From assembly GCA_963702845.1 (NCBI GenBank), contig OY969763.1:4160001-4224000 (forward strand): DNA of 64,000 nt, given 5' to 3'. The notes beneath the pieces are model-generated. The model made no database searches. It was not told the DNA's origin and saw only the letters and a list, made by a program, of their open reading frames with translations. Origin of the DNA: an uncultured Verrucomicrobiae bacterium. Its GTDB lineage: Bacteria > Verrucomicrobiota > Verrucomicrobiia > Limisphaerales > Palsa-1400. Position numbers and translations under genes: made by a program. Positions 1 to 11,018 of this stretch are shown here, in pieces (the first letter of the stretch is position 1; each line of letters starts with the position of its first letter).

Positions 1-7
1 GCGGTTT

Positions 8-787
8 ATGACGACCATCGCACAACAATTCGTTCGGGAATGGCTGGTTGGCCTCGGGCGCGGCGCCCTCCTGGTCTGGGAGACGGTGTGCTCGATCTTC
101 ACGCGCAAAACGAACTGGCGCGACGTCATTCGTCAGATGTATTTCATCGGCGTAAAATCGCAGTCGGTGGTGCTCATCACTGGCGCGTTCACTGGAATGG
201 TTCTTTGCGCGCAAACGTATTTCCAATTTCACAAGGTCAAGATGGACACTGCCACGCTGGCTGTGGTGGCCGTCGCGATGGGAAGCGAACTCGGACCAGT
301 GCTGACCAGTTTAATGGTCGCTGGACGTGTCGGCGCAGCCGTCACGGCCGAACTCGGCACGATGAAAGTCACCGAACAAATCGACGCCTTGCGCACGCTG
401 GCGGCGCATCCCATCGATTACCTCGTCGTGCCGCGATTCCTCGCGATGTTTCTCGTGATGCCTTTGTTAACCGCTGAATCGATTTGCATCGGTATCTCTG
501 CAGCATATTTGATCGGCGTCTACCTACTCGGAATCGACCCTACTTATATTTGGTACAACATGCTTCGTTACGCCGGGGCGACCGACATGATCACCGGCAT
601 CATCAAAGCCTTCGTGTTCGGCGCGATCATCATTATCGTCGCGTGCGATAAAGGTTTGAATTGCCCGCAAGGTGCCGAAGGTGTTGGACAGGCGACCACC
701 GAATCGGTCGTTTACGCATCGATCACCATTCTCATCAGCAACTTCTTCCTCACTATGTTGCTTAACCGCATTTTGACCGGCCCATGA
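8..787 (+). CDS. mlaE: MlaE-family ABC transporter permease
   Basis: ELGPVLTSLMVAGRVGAAVTAELGTMKVTEQIDAL motif, GAEGVGQATT; first of three adjacent mla-type genes. Confidence 0.93.
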   Translation: MTTIAQQFVREWLVGLGRGALLVWETVCSIFTRKTNWRDVIRQMYFIGVKSQSVVLITGAFTGMVLCAQTYFQFHKVKMDTATLAVVAVAMGSELGPVLTSLMVAGRVGAAVTAELGTMKVTEQIDALRTLAAHPIDYLVVPRFLAMFLVMPLLTAESICIGISAAYLIGVYLLGIDPTYIWYNMLRYAGATDMITGIIKAFVFGAIIIIVACDKGLNCPQGAEGVGQATTESVVYASITILISNFFLTMLLNRILTGP

Positions 788-1530
788 TCGAAGTGCGCGA
801 TTTAAAGAAGAGTTTTGGCGACCATTGCGTCCTGGATGGCGTCAATTTTCGCATCAACAAAGGCGAGGCTGTCGTCATCATCGGCGCCAGCGGTGGCGGC
901 AAAAGTGTTTTGTTGAAGCACCTCATCGCGCTGCTCGATCCCGATTCGGGCGAAGTCGCGATTGATGGGCAGACCATCACACATATGAACGAGCGCCAGC
1001 TGATCGATGTGCGGCGCAAGTTCGGCATGTTGTTCCAAAGCGCAGCGCTGTTCGACTCCATGACCGTCGAAGAAAATGTCGGCTTCATGTTGCGACGCGA
1101 AGGCAATCGCACCGAGAAAGAGATTTCCGACGCCGTCGCGGAAGTTTTAGACATTGTGGAACTGAGTGGGACGCAAGCCAAAAAACCAGCCGAACTATCT
1201 GGCGGCATGCGCAAGCGCGTCGGGCTCGCGCGCGCCGTCATTTATAAACCAGAGATCCTGCTTTACGACGAGCCGACAACCGGCCTCGATCCGATTGTGT
1301 CGGACAGCATCGATCAATTGATTGCCAAAGTGGTGCAACAATTGAAGGTTACCTCAATCGCAGTGACGCACGACATGCGGAGCGCGAAGCGGATTTCACA
1401 ACGCATTTTGATGCTGCACGAAGGCAAGATTTACGCCGACATGCCCACGGAACAAATCTTTCAATCGCAAGACCCGGTGATTTATCGTTTCGTCAACGGA
1501 ATTGCCGATGTGAAACACTTTGCTTTGTGA
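784..1530 (+). CDS. mlaF: MlaF-family ABC transporter ATP-binding protein
   Basis: Walker A GASGGGKS, signature LSGGMRKR, Walker B LLYDEPTTGLD; ATGA overlap with mlaE. Confidence 0.93.
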   Translation: MIEVRDLKKSFGDHCVLDGVNFRINKGEAVVIIGASGGGKSVLLKHLIALLDPDSGEVAIDGQTITHMNERQLIDVRRKFGMLFQSAALFDSMTVEENVGFMLRREGNRTEKEISDAVAEVLDIVELSGTQAKKPAELSGGMRKRVGLARAVIYKPEILLYDEPTTGLDPIVSDSIDQLIAKVVQQLKVTSIAVTHDMRSAKRISQRILMLHEGKIYADMPTEQIFQSQDPVIYRFVNGIADVKHFAL

Positions 1531-1562
1531 AGTCGAACCAACAGTAATTTGAAATTTTACGC

Positions 1563-2573
1563 ATGAACAAATCAACGCGCACGGAGTGGAAAGTGGGGCT
1601 GTTCGTTCTCATCGGCCTGGTGCTGGTGGCGGCGCTGATGCTCAACTTCAGCAAAGGCATCACCCGCTTCCAATCTACTTACAACGTTCACGTCATCATG
1701 ACCACCGTGTCCGGCCTCAAGCCGCACGCCGACGTGATGATGTCAGGTGTTCCCGTAGGCAACGTCATTGACAGCGAACTGGTCGATGAAGGTAGTGCCG
1801 TTGACATCACCGTCCAGATCCTTTCCAAATACCGAATCCGCACGAATGCAAATTTTCACATTGATGCCCTCGGATTCCTCGGTGATCAATACATAGCCAT
1901 CGCTCCGGCCACCAACGCATTGGCTCCTTACCTGACGAATGGCGCGACCGTCATCGGCGAATCGCCGTTTAATTTGCAGGAAGCCGTCAAATCGACCGCC
2001 GGTTTGCTCGCGACGGCAAAAACAACTTTGCAAGACCTCGACCAGGCGATCACCAACGTCAACCGCACGATTTTGAACGAGCAAACCCTGACCAACTTCG
2101 GCCTGGCTGTGAGCAACTTCTATTCGCTCACGGCCGATGCGGGAACTTTGGTTCGTCAAATCGGCGGAATCATCACGACAAATACCGATCCCATCAATGG
2201 AACAGTTAAAAGTCTGCACCAGGTTTCCGACAAGCTCGACAAAATGGCCGACGAATTGCGCGTCATTATTTCGACAAACTCAACCGATCTAGCGCAAGCG
2301 GTCGATAATTTTCGCGATACTTCTGCCAGCTTGAAACAAACCACTGAAGACTTGCAGAAAGGCAAAGGCCTTGCCGGTATGTTGCTCAAAGACGACCGCA
2401 TGAAGGGCCAGGTGCAAGACTTGCTCCAGAACCTGAACTCCATGTCCGCCAACTTCGCCATCTTCGGCAGCAACCTCAATCAAAGGGGCCTTTGGTCCAT
2501 GTTGCGCACTCCAAAGTCTAGGCCGCCGCAGGCGCCCGCACCGGCTCTCGGCGGCCCGCCCCGGGTCCATTAA
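1563..2573 (+). CDS. mlaD: MlaD/MCE-domain protein
   Basis: N-terminal TM (KVGLFVLIGL), GL..V.MSGVPVGNV and LGFLGDQYIAI MCE motifs, helical C-terminus. Confidence 0.88.
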   Translation: MNKSTRTEWKVGLFVLIGLVLVAALMLNFSKGITRFQSTYNVHVIMTTVSGLKPHADVMMSGVPVGNVIDSELVDEGSAVDITVQILSKYRIRTNANFHIDALGFLGDQYIAIAPATNALAPYLTNGATVIGESPFNLQEAVKSTAGLLATAKTTLQDLDQAITNVNRTILNEQTLTNFGLAVSNFYSLTADAGTLVRQIGGIITTNTDPINGTVKSLHQVSDKLDKMADELRVIISTNSTDLAQAVDNFRDTSASLKQTTEDLQKGKGLAGMLLKDDRMKGQVQDLLQNLNSMSANFAIFGSNLNQRGLWSMLRTPKSRPPQAPAPALGGPPRVH

Positions 2574-2620
2574 CCTTGCAATCCGCCATGGGAACTCCAA
2601 AATCGGCAACCACCTAGAAC

Positions 2621-3631
2621 ATGCCCTCGATCTGGCCACTCCGAATTCTGTTCCTGATTTTATGCACCGTTGGCGGTTATGCGGTCAGTCAGGTTCGACC
2701 CGACTTGGTGCAGAAAGGGACGTATGGCTGGATGATTGGATTTGGGCTTGGCTCGATTCTAATCGCGGTCGACGAAATGTTGAAAGGTTTCTCCTTGCGC
2801 GCCTTCTCGGCGGCGACGTTCGGCCTCGTTCTCGGAACCATTATCGCGTGGTTGATTGACGTCTCGGGTTTGTTCGTTTTCGCCGATGAAAATCAGCGTT
2901 GGATGATCCGCCTCGCGCTGTTCCTGGCGTTTGGTTACATCGGCATGATCCTCGCATTGCGCAGTAACAAAGAAGATTTTTCGCTCATCATTCCTTACGT
3001 CCGATTCGCCTCACAATCGAAACCCGAGAATCTGTTGCTGCTTGACACCAGCGTCATCATCGACGGCCGTGTCGCCGATTTAATTGAAGCGCGATTCATC
3101 GAAGGGATGTTGGTTGTTCCTCGCTTTGTCTTGCACGAATTGCAGCGTCTTGCCGATTCGAATGACCCGATCATTCGCGCCCGTGGTCGTCGCGGCTTGG
3201 AAATGCTTACGCGCCTCCAGCAGGGAAAACGAAACGAGCTAAAAGTTCACGAAGGCGATTTTCCGGATGAGCCGGAAGTCGACGCAAAGCTAGTTCGCCT
3301 TGCCCGCGCGTTGAACGCCAAGCTTTATACGAACGATTATAATCTGGGCAAAGTGGCCGAGTTGCAGTCTGTCCCATACATCAACATCAACGAGATGGCC
3401 AACGCCTTGAAGCCAGTCATCTTGCCGGGTGAAGTGTTCAGCATCCGCGTCGTGCGTGAAGGAAAAGATAAAGGCCAGGGCGTCGGTTATCTCAACGACG
3501 GCACAATGGTGGTGATCAACAATGCGCAGAGTCTAATCGGCCAGCAGGCGACGGTGAAGGTCATCAGTCTGTTACAAACCGGCGCTGGAGTGATCGTCTT
3601 CGCTGATTTAAAAACGCCGGTCGCAACTTAA
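2621..3631 (+). CDS. Membrane PIN/TRAM-domain protein (YacL-like)
   Basis: Four N-terminal TM segments, LLDTSVIIDGR, RGRRGL, TNDYNL, QGVGYLNDGTMVV. Confidence 0.9.
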   Translation: MPSIWPLRILFLILCTVGGYAVSQVRPDLVQKGTYGWMIGFGLGSILIAVDEMLKGFSLRAFSAATFGLVLGTIIAWLIDVSGLFVFADENQRWMIRLALFLAFGYIGMILALRSNKEDFSLIIPYVRFASQSKPENLLLLDTSVIIDGRVADLIEARFIEGMLVVPRFVLHELQRLADSNDPIIRARGRRGLEMLTRLQQGKRNELKVHEGDFPDEPEVDAKLVRLARALNAKLYTNDYNLGKVAELQSVPYININEMANALKPVILPGEVFSIRVVREGKDKGQGVGYLNDGTMVVINNAQSLIGQQATVKVISLLQTGAGVIVFADLKTPVAT

Positions 3632-4716
3632 CTCGGCCGTTGGGGTTGCACCACCGCTAATCCCTTTAACAAATCCAAACCGCGCAACAACGCGGGATCT
3701 GACAAAACGGGGACTTCGTCAGTTTTGCTCTTCGGACGTTCTGTGGCAAGGTCGGTCTCAGGATCAACTCCTTCACGTTGTGCCCGCACCAGTTCAGCTT
3801 CATTCATGCGACGGCGAATCGGCGCGTTTGAGGTGCCTTCACCGGCAATCGAATCAGCATCGGCATCTTTCGCCGTTTCAGTCTTGTGCAGCACTTGATA
3901 TGGATCAGCCATCCATTTTCTTTCATCGTCGGCAGCGACATCCACCGTGATGTCGGGCTTCAAGGGGCCGGACAGAACCTTCTTACCAGCGACTTTGACC
4001 TGAGCAGTCGCAATGCGAAGTTTTTCACCATCGGACAATGGGAACATTTTGTAAACATTCGCGTGACCAGCGGTCGCACTACCGATGAGTAAACCAACAT
4101 TGGTGTCGCGCAATACGCCAGCCAACGCTTCCGCAGCACCGGACGTTTCGTGATTCACGAGAATCGCCACGGGAACTGTGATAGCGTTGCGTTTCTTCGT
4201 GGCGTGCACTGAGTTCGTGCTCCACTGCAATAGCAATTGCTCGTTGTTGAGGAAATCGTCAGCTGTCTTGGCCGCAGCAGCGAAATCGAACCCCGTCGCA
4301 AAACGCAGGTCTATGACAACGCCTTTGATTTTTGTTTTGTTCGTCGCCGCGACGTCGCGATAAGCGGCCAACAATTTATCGGCAAGTTCGTCCGTGATGT
4401 GACTGACCTGCATGTAAAGAAAGGCGTTGTCGTAAACCTGAGTTTTGGCCAAGCCCGCCACATTGGGCGCTCCAGCAGGACTGACGTCGCCGAGCAATGC
4501 CTGCGGCTTCAACTGATTGATCAGCCCTTTAACCGCCGCCTGGTCGAGCTCGGATGCGCTGACACCGCCCACATTGTCACGAAGCAGTTTGTAAACTTCT
4601 TCAAAACGCGGGAGGTCATTGGTTACCGATGCTTGGGCGAAATTGGGAGCTGCCAATAGCAATCCAACGCAAAAGTACGAAATCCGAAATCCGAAATCCG
4701 AAATAAATGTACGCAT
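3628..4716 (-). CDS. S41 (tail-specific protease)-like secreted protein, apparently lacking catalytic residues
   Basis: Signal peptide, GVVIDLRF, VAILVNHETSGAAE, LLIGSATAG, PDITV, C-terminal DPALLRGLDLL. Confidence 0.7.
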   Translation of the reverse strand: MRTFISDFGFRISYFCVGLLLAAPNFAQASVTNDLPRFEEVYKLLRDNVGGVSASELDQAAVKGLINQLKPQALLGDVSPAGAPNVAGLAKTQVYDNAFLYMQVSHITDELADKLLAAYRDVAATNKTKIKGVVIDLRFATGFDFAAAAKTADDFLNNEQLLLQWSTNSVHATKKRNAITVPVAILVNHETSGAAEALAGVLRDTNVGLLIGSATAGHANVYKMFPLSDGEKLRIATAQVKVAGKKVLSGPLKPDITVDVAADDERKWMADPYQVLHKTETAKDADADSIAGEGTSNAPIRRRMNEAELVRAQREGVDPETDLATERPKSKTDEVPVLSDPALLRGLDLLKGLAVVQPQRPS

Positions 4717-4814
4717 GGGTGAAATTTCAACCAAACGCAGTTTGTGTTGTTTTTGATATTTTGTCATTTCAGTTTGAAATTCGTTTCGGATTTCGATTTT
4801 CGGATTTCGAATTT
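4679..4814. repeat. Heptamer tandem repeats (GAAATCC)n and (TTTCGGA/TTTCGAT)n
   Basis: gaaatccgaaatccgaaatccgaaat at ~4679-4704 and tttcggatttcgattttcggatttcgaattt at ~4784-4814, in opposite orientation. Confidence 0.75.
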
Positions 4815-6108
4815 ATTTTGTTAAAGCTTTCGCCCCAATATCATGACGAAACTGCGCTCCGTCGAACTCAATCTTCTCAACCGCAGCGTAGGCTTTGGCG
4901 CGCGCTTCCGTCAATCCGTTCGCCCATGCGGTCACTCCCAATACGCGCCCGCCGCTCGTCACCACATGGTCGCCGTCGCGCGCGGTGCCGGCATGAAAAA
5001 CTTTTGTGTCGGGCAAACGCGCCGCTTCGAAAAGCCCTTTGATCGTTTTGCCTTTAACCGGAGTGCCGGGATATCCGGCCGCAGCCAGGACAACGCAGAC
5101 CGACGATTGCGCGCTCCAGCGCAATTCAACTTTGTCGAGCGTGCCGCTGACACTCGCTTCCAGCATTTCCACCAGGTCGCTTTCCAAACGTGTTAGATAA
5201 ACCTGCGCTTCCGGATCACCAAAGCGCGCGTTGAACTCCAGCACTTTGGGGCCGTCTTTCGTCAACATCACGCCCGGATAGAGTATCCCGCGAAAAATAA
5301 TTCTCTCCTCCGCGCAGCCTTTCAGCCACGGATTCAAAATTTGTTTACCGACCTCCGCAAGCTGCCCATCACTCAGAAACGGCGCCGGCGAATACGTCCC
5401 CATCCCGCCGGTGTTCAGACCGGTGTCGCCGTCGCCGATGCGTTTATGGTCCTGGGCTGTTGGAAAAAGTTTGGCGGTTGTCCCATCGCACAGCGCATGA
5501 AGGGAAATTTCCATTCCTTCGAGCAATTCCTGGATGACGATCTGTTTTCCGGCAGCGCCGAATTTTTGCGAGACCAACATCTCCTCAATCCCGAGATACG
5601 CGTCAGTGATCGATTTCGAGATGAGCACTCCTTTGCCGAGCGCCAGCCCATCGGCCTTGATCGCGCACATACCGTTCAGCGACGCGGCAAAATCCTTCGC
5701 CTGTTTGGCATCGCTGAAAATCCCGGATCGTGCCGTCGGAATCCCGTGCTTTTCCATGAACCGTTGCGAAAAAACTTTCGACGATTCAAATTGCGCCGCT
5801 TTTTGGTTCGGCCCCCAGATGCGCAACCCATTCTTTTCAAACAAGTCGACGATGCCGAGTGCCAACGGGTTGTCGGGCCCAACCACCGTCAGGTCAGGTT
5901 TATTTTCTTTCGCGAACGCCAACAGCTTCGGCAAATCCTCCGCGCCAATTGGGACACACTCGACGAGTGATTGGTTGCTGACCAGTTGCTCCTGCGCAAT
6001 GCCGGCGTTGCCCGGCGCACACCAGAGCGTGCGCAGGCGCGGCGATTGGGCAAGTTTCCATGCCATCGCATGTTCGCGTCCACCAGAGCCAATCAGCAGT
6101 AGTTTCAT
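4813..6108 (-). CDS. purD: Phosphoribosylamine--glycine ligase
   Basis: GSGGREHA, APGNAG, KADGLALGKGV, QDHKR, NTGGMG, EFNARFGDPE, GGRVL. Confidence 0.97.
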   Translation of the reverse strand: MKLLLIGSGGREHAMAWKLAQSPRLRTLWCAPGNAGIAQEQLVSNQSLVECVPIGAEDLPKLLAFAKENKPDLTVVGPDNPLALGIVDLFEKNGLRIWGPNQKAAQFESSKVFSQRFMEKHGIPTARSGIFSDAKQAKDFAASLNGMCAIKADGLALGKGVLISKSITDAYLGIEEMLVSQKFGAAGKQIVIQELLEGMEISLHALCDGTTAKLFPTAQDHKRIGDGDTGLNTGGMGTYSPAPFLSDGQLAEVGKQILNPWLKGCAEERIIFRGILYPGVMLTKDGPKVLEFNARFGDPEAQVYLTRLESDLVEMLEASVSGTLDKVELRWSAQSSVCVVLAAAGYPGTPVKGKTIKGLFEAARLPDTKVFHAGTARDGDHVVTSGGRVLGVTAWANGLTEARAKAYAAVEKIEFDGAQFRHDIGAKALTK

Positions 6109-6227
6109 TTTCCTCGCGAAGTGAAACAGGAAACCCGTTTAGAGGAAAGAGCGCTCTTCCAGCGCTTCGCGATACACACGTTGTAGCATTGCAAACCGCG
6201 GCATTTCGTCATTACACTAGCTGTTCT

Positions 6228-7910
6228 ATGAAGTGGAGTTTGACCCTTATTCTATCGTTGTTTGTCGCAAGTATTGCGATGGCCGCTGGTCCGGATGAAC
6301 AGTATGTCGCCATTTATGATCTGATCCAACAGGGCGATTCTTTCGGCAAGACGCAACCGCAGATGGCCGCGCAGAAATATCAGGAAGCGCAGACGCAGCT
6401 CAAGTCTCTGCAAAACGTCGCGCCTAATTGGAACAAGGAAGTCGTCTCGTATCGCTTGAATTACCTCGCTGAGAAAATGCAGGAATTCGGCAAATACGTT
6501 CCGGCAGAACCCGTAGTCGCGGTCGCGACAAACGCAGTTCCCGCACTACCGACCCAGCACAGCCTGGAACAGCAGTTGAACGGTTTGCAGCAACAGGTCG
6601 AACAACTTTCCTCAGACAAATCGAAGCTCGAAGCCAAACTGAAAGAAGCCCTGTCCGCGCAGCCAGCAGCCGTTGACCCGCAAGAATTGGCCAAAGCAGA
6701 AGTAAAAATTACCGCGCTCACCAAAGAACGTGATTTGCTCGCGGCGACCTTGGAGCAGGAAAAACAGAAATCACAAAGCGCGTCCAAGTCGAACGCCGAT
6801 CCGGAAGTCGCTGCGCTGCGCCAACAACTCGCCGCGGCCAAAGACGAACTGGCCAGTTTGAAAACACAATCGCAGCAGGACCACGCTGCGCTCCTGGCCC
6901 AGATTGCTCAACTCAAGAGCTCCGAACATTCAACGACTCCGCAAGTCACGCTCGCGGAATCCGAGCAAATGAGCGCCCTGTCGCGTGAACGTGAAGATCT
7001 CAAGAAACAGGTCGACAGTTTGACCAAGGAACTCGCCGATGCCGAAGCCAAACGCGACGAGGATGTGCTCGCCGCAAAGAGCGACATTGAAAAAATGCGA
7101 GCCGAACTGAAAGAGGCCCAGGCACAACGCGCGCAGCTCGAACAACAAATTACGGCGCTTAAAAACGAGCAACCCAACACGCAAAACAACGGGCGCGTGG
7201 CGGAGTTGCAACAGCAAGTGGTTCAGTTGACCGACCGCATTGCTGTTTACGAAGCCAAGCCGATCGCCCGCACGCCGGAAGAACTCGCGCTCTTTAAGAA
7301 AGCGGATGCTCAACCTGGCCCTGGCCTTAAGATCGTGCACTCCGTCAAAGATCTTTCCGCTGACTCCCGCGGCTTGATGGCCGAAGGTCAGCGCCTTTAC
7401 TTGGTGAAAGATTATGCAAGCGCCGAAACGAAGTTTCGCGACGCCATGAAAGACGATCCAAAAAACATCTACGTCATCGCCCACATTGCCAACGTCCAAA
7501 TGACCTCGGAAAAATACGACGCTTGCGAACAGACGTTGAAGCAAGCTCTGGGCGTCGATCCCGATGACGCCGCATGTTTATACATCCTCGGCAAACTCCG
7601 TTTGCGTCAGGATAAAGTCGACGAAGCACTGGATGCATTGAGCCATTCCGCTCGTCTCAATCCGACGAATGCGATGACCGAAAACGCCCTGGGCAATGCG
7701 CTCAGCCGAAAAGGCATGCGCCAACCCGCCGAGACCGCCCTGCGCAAAGCTCTCCAAATCGAACCCGACTACCCCGACGCCCATCACAATCTGGCCCTCG
7801 TCTATGCCACCGACACCCCGCCTTCCGTCGAACTCGCCAAGTGGCACTACAAGAAAGCCACTGATGGCGGTTTTCCAAAGGACCCGGATCTCGAGAAGTT
7901 GTTGAAGTAG
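6228..7910 (+). CDS. Secreted coiled-coil plus C-terminal TPR protein
   Basis: Signal peptide MKWSLTLILSLFVASIAMA, long Q/E/K heptad region, TPR repeats (ALGVDPDDA, ALQIEPDYPDAHHNLA). Confidence 0.8.
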   Translation: MKWSLTLILSLFVASIAMAAGPDEQYVAIYDLIQQGDSFGKTQPQMAAQKYQEAQTQLKSLQNVAPNWNKEVVSYRLNYLAEKMQEFGKYVPAEPVVAVATNAVPALPTQHSLEQQLNGLQQQVEQLSSDKSKLEAKLKEALSAQPAAVDPQELAKAEVKITALTKERDLLAATLEQEKQKSQSASKSNADPEVAALRQQLAAAKDELASLKTQSQQDHAALLAQIAQLKSSEHSTTPQVTLAESEQMSALSREREDLKKQVDSLTKELADAEAKRDEDVLAAKSDIEKMRAELKEAQAQRAQLEQQITALKNEQPNTQNNGRVAELQQQVVQLTDRIAVYEAKPIARTPEELALFKKADAQPGPGLKIVHSVKDLSADSRGLMAEGQRLYLVKDYASAETKFRDAMKDDPKNIYVIAHIANVQMTSEKYDACEQTLKQALGVDPDDAACLYILGKLRLRQDKVDEALDALSHSARLNPTNAMTENALGNALSRKGMRQPAETALRKALQIEPDYPDAHHNLALVYATDTPPSVELAKWHYKKATDGGFPKDPDLEKLLK

Positions 7911-7914
7911 AGCG

Positions 7915-8772
7915 CTACTTCTTTCCGTACGCCTTAACGAAATCAACGCACTCCTTAACTTCAGGCACCGAGTGAAGCCAGTTGTATTCGTATTCGATGG
8001 AAATGTTTCCCTTGAAACCCTGGGCTTTGAGTTCGTCCAAGATTTCTTTGATGCGACCGCCGCCTGTGCCGTACGGAACGTCGTGGCCTTCGTGACCCTT
8101 TTCGTTTTTATCTTTGAGGTGACAGCTAATGACGCGGCCTTTGAGAATCTTGATGCCTTCGAGCGGATCAAGGCCAGAGGTTTGCCAATGACCCGTATCG
8201 GCGCATGCACCAATGCGTTTGTCACGATCTTTGACGACTGATAGAACGTAGTTGGGATCCCAGACTTTATAGTTCGGGTTATCGTCGCGGCGGGCGTGCT
8301 CGTGGATGCCGACGTGGATATTGTATTTTTTAACGAGCTTTTCAACGAGGTCGAGATCCTGGACGGATTCGGTGGTGATACCGTAGAGGCCCATCTTTTT
8401 GGCGAACTCAAAAATCTTGCGCCAGTCTTCGGGATTTTTGCCGCCGACGACGCCGTAATTAACGGCGCGAATCTTGTGCTTCTTCAGCTTGGCCTTGAGC
8501 AGCTTGATATTGGCATCCGACAGATTATGGTCGAGACTTAACATCGGGCTGATCAGCACTGAGTTTTTGGCCTGGAAAAAATTCGATGCACTTGCCTCCG
8601 GCTTCAGCAGTTTTTTCAATGGCTTCAAAGGTCGTGAAACGATTGAAGGTGTAAGCCTGGCAGCCAATGGCGAAGCCGCTGATCTTAGAGCTATGGGGAT
8701 ACTATTTTCAGCGCGAGCTGCGACTGCGGTGACAACGCAGGCCAACAGAACGCTAATAAATACATTCTTCAT
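7915..8772 (-). CDS. Secreted sugar-phosphate isomerase/epimerase (xylose-isomerase-like TIM barrel); two compensating indels near the N-terminus
   Basis: GIHEH, ACADTGHW, HLKD, SIEYE metal motifs; an alternative frame at ~8540-8690 reads GCQAYTFNRFTTFEAIEK...IEFFPGQ. Confidence 0.85.
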   Translation of the reverse strand: MKNVFISVLLACVVTAVAARAENSIPIALRSAASPLAARLTPSIVSRPLKPLKKLLKPEASASNFFQAKNSVLISPMLSLDHNLSDANIKLLKAKLKKHKIRAVNYGVVGGKNPEDWRKIFEFAKKMGLYGITTESVQDLDLVEKLVKKYNIHVGIHEHARRDDNPNYKVWDPNYVLSVVKDRDKRIGACADTGHWQTSGLDPLEGIKILKGRVISCHLKDKNEKGHEGHDVPYGTGGGRIKEILDELKAQGFKGNISIEYEYNWLHSVPEVKECVDFVKAYGKK

Positions 8773-8816
8773 GCCCGACGTTAGTGGAACGGCGCGCGTC
8801 GCGGCAATGATTTTAG

Positions 8817-10946
8817 TCAGGCTTTTGACAATTCGATATAAAACCGGCTGCCTTTGCCGAGTTCGGATTCGACGCCGACTCGCCCGTTCATCCTCTCAAC
8901 ACAGCGACGAACGATAGCGAGACCAATACCTGTCCCAGGATAGCGGCCTTTTTCTAGGCGCTCGAAAACCCCGAAGATGCGGCTGTGGTAAGCGGGGGCG
9001 ATGCCAACACCCTTGTCTTCAACCCAGATGCGAACGTAGCCGTCGGCCACTTGCTCAGAATAAAGGCGAATGTCTGGTTTGGCGTTTGGTTCAACAAACT
9101 TGATCGCGTTCGAAAGCAGATTCATGAGCGCCTGCCACAGAGTCGGTTCATGGGCCATAACAGACAGCCGGTTCGATTCGACGTGCAGAGAGCCATGCGA
9201 ACGAAGGATTTCCGGTTCAAGTTGCACGCGGATTCTGTCGAATAAAGAATTAATGCTTACGGGTTCAAGCGCGGACGGCGTTCCGCGGCTGATTTGACTA
9301 TACGCTAATAGATCTTTGATGAGTCGGTCCATTTCTTCGGCGGAGCGCATGATTCTGTCGACATAATTGTTTGCGTTCGCGTCCAGTTGTGCAGCGTATT
9401 CTTCCTTGAGGATTTCGGCAAAACCGCGCATCGATCGCAACGGTGCCCGCAAATCGTGTGCAACAGAATAGACGAAAGCTTCCAACTGAGAATTGGTTTC
9501 CTTGAGTTCGGATGTTCGTTCTTCGACGCGGCGCTCCAATTCGCGGTTGAGGTTCTCAATCTGTTCCCGCGCTTTCTTGCGTTCCGTGATGTCTCGCACC
9601 GTGCCCGTGAAAAGTCGTCCAGATTCAGAACGGATTTCGGCGAAGGAAATTTCCACGGCAAACTCGCTGCCGTCCTTGTGCAACGCGGGCAACTCGACTC
9701 CAGTCCAGGGGATATGACGTTCGCCAAGGGCAACATAACGAGAGAGACCGTGCCGATGACGCTCACGCATGCGCTCCGGCATCAGCATGGTCATTTCTTT
9801 CCCGAGCATCTCTTCTCGCGCATAGCCGAAAATCCGTTCCGTGGACGGATTGACTGAGACGATGGTGCTTTGCTCGTCGATCACAATGATGGCATCGCTT
9901 GCGGTCTCGGAAATCGCGCGATGACGCTGTTCGCTTTCGCGCAAGGCCGCGCCCCGCCGCAACAATTCCTCGCGTTGACGCACCAAATAAGCGGTGAAAG
10001 CAAACAGGACAAAGCTCACAACATTCCGGTCTGCGGCGTCAACACTGACGTATTGCTGCCCAGGGTCGTTTCGAACTGCGGGGTGGTTTGATAATGGATC
10101 GTCCAATCGTGCTGGGCGGGATGTAGAACCCGGGTCGTGCTGAAGAGCGGAGCGGATGAAGTTGGCCGGTCGGTTTCGTATAACAATTGGTGAGGGTCGA
10201 TTTGTGGGCCATCGTAAATCGCCCAGTGCAGACGCATGTCCGGCTTGTTACGAACGATGCCTTTGAAAAAGTCCTCGCCTCTGAATGCGGCCATAAACGA
10301 AGCCGCGCACCTCCTGGGCTCCGTGCGTCAGGTTATCAGGCAAGGCTCCGTCTGCAAAAACTGTTGCGTAGATCAAAAAACCTGGTTGTTTTTTTTGCTC
10401 CGTTTCCTGGACGAGAGTGACCCGACCGGATGCCGCCGAGCCGTTCGTCATCGCTTGTAACATGGCAGCCCGGCGCACCGGTTCTGAAAACATGTCGTAG
10501 CCGATAGCAACCTGATTTCGGCGATCCTGAGGTTCCAAATAAAGGATTGGAAACAGGACATTGGTCTGGCCGATCGGATGAATGGTGAAATTTGTTTGGC
10601 CACCAGCCCGAATTCGTTGCTCGAACGCCGCGCGTTCGGCTGCGAGAATTTTTGGAGCGAAACCTAGGCCTTGGACATTCGGATAGAATTTAGACAATCG
10701 AAGCCGACCGACGCCGGTAGCAAATTCATCGCGGCTGATATTTGGCTTGGTGGCAAACATTCCCGCAGCAGTCCGGACGATGGCGATGAAGTTGTCGAAT
10801 TCGTCGGAGATGCGGTCGTCCACTTGATTAACCGCATCATTAAAATGCGATCGGTTTCTTGCCCGCAATACAGTGGTAAGGCGCCAGCTGGCACCGAAAG
10901 TAAACGTCAGCAAAATGCACAAAACCAACGGCGGCAGTAGTCGCAA
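8817..10946 (-). CDS. CHASE-PAS sensor histidine kinase (frameshifted over ORFs 10248-10946, 10016-10294, 8817-10106)
   Basis: CHASE motifs (FPILYLEP, AIGYDMFSEPVRRAAM), PAS, H-box VAHDLRAPL, NLLSNAIKF, GTGIGL, GSRF. Confidence 0.85.
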
Positions 10947-11018
10947 CTGTACGCTTCTTCAAATAGCGAAATAACGCTCACGCAATGTATCCCCGAAAGG
11001 CCCAATAAAAAACCTATC

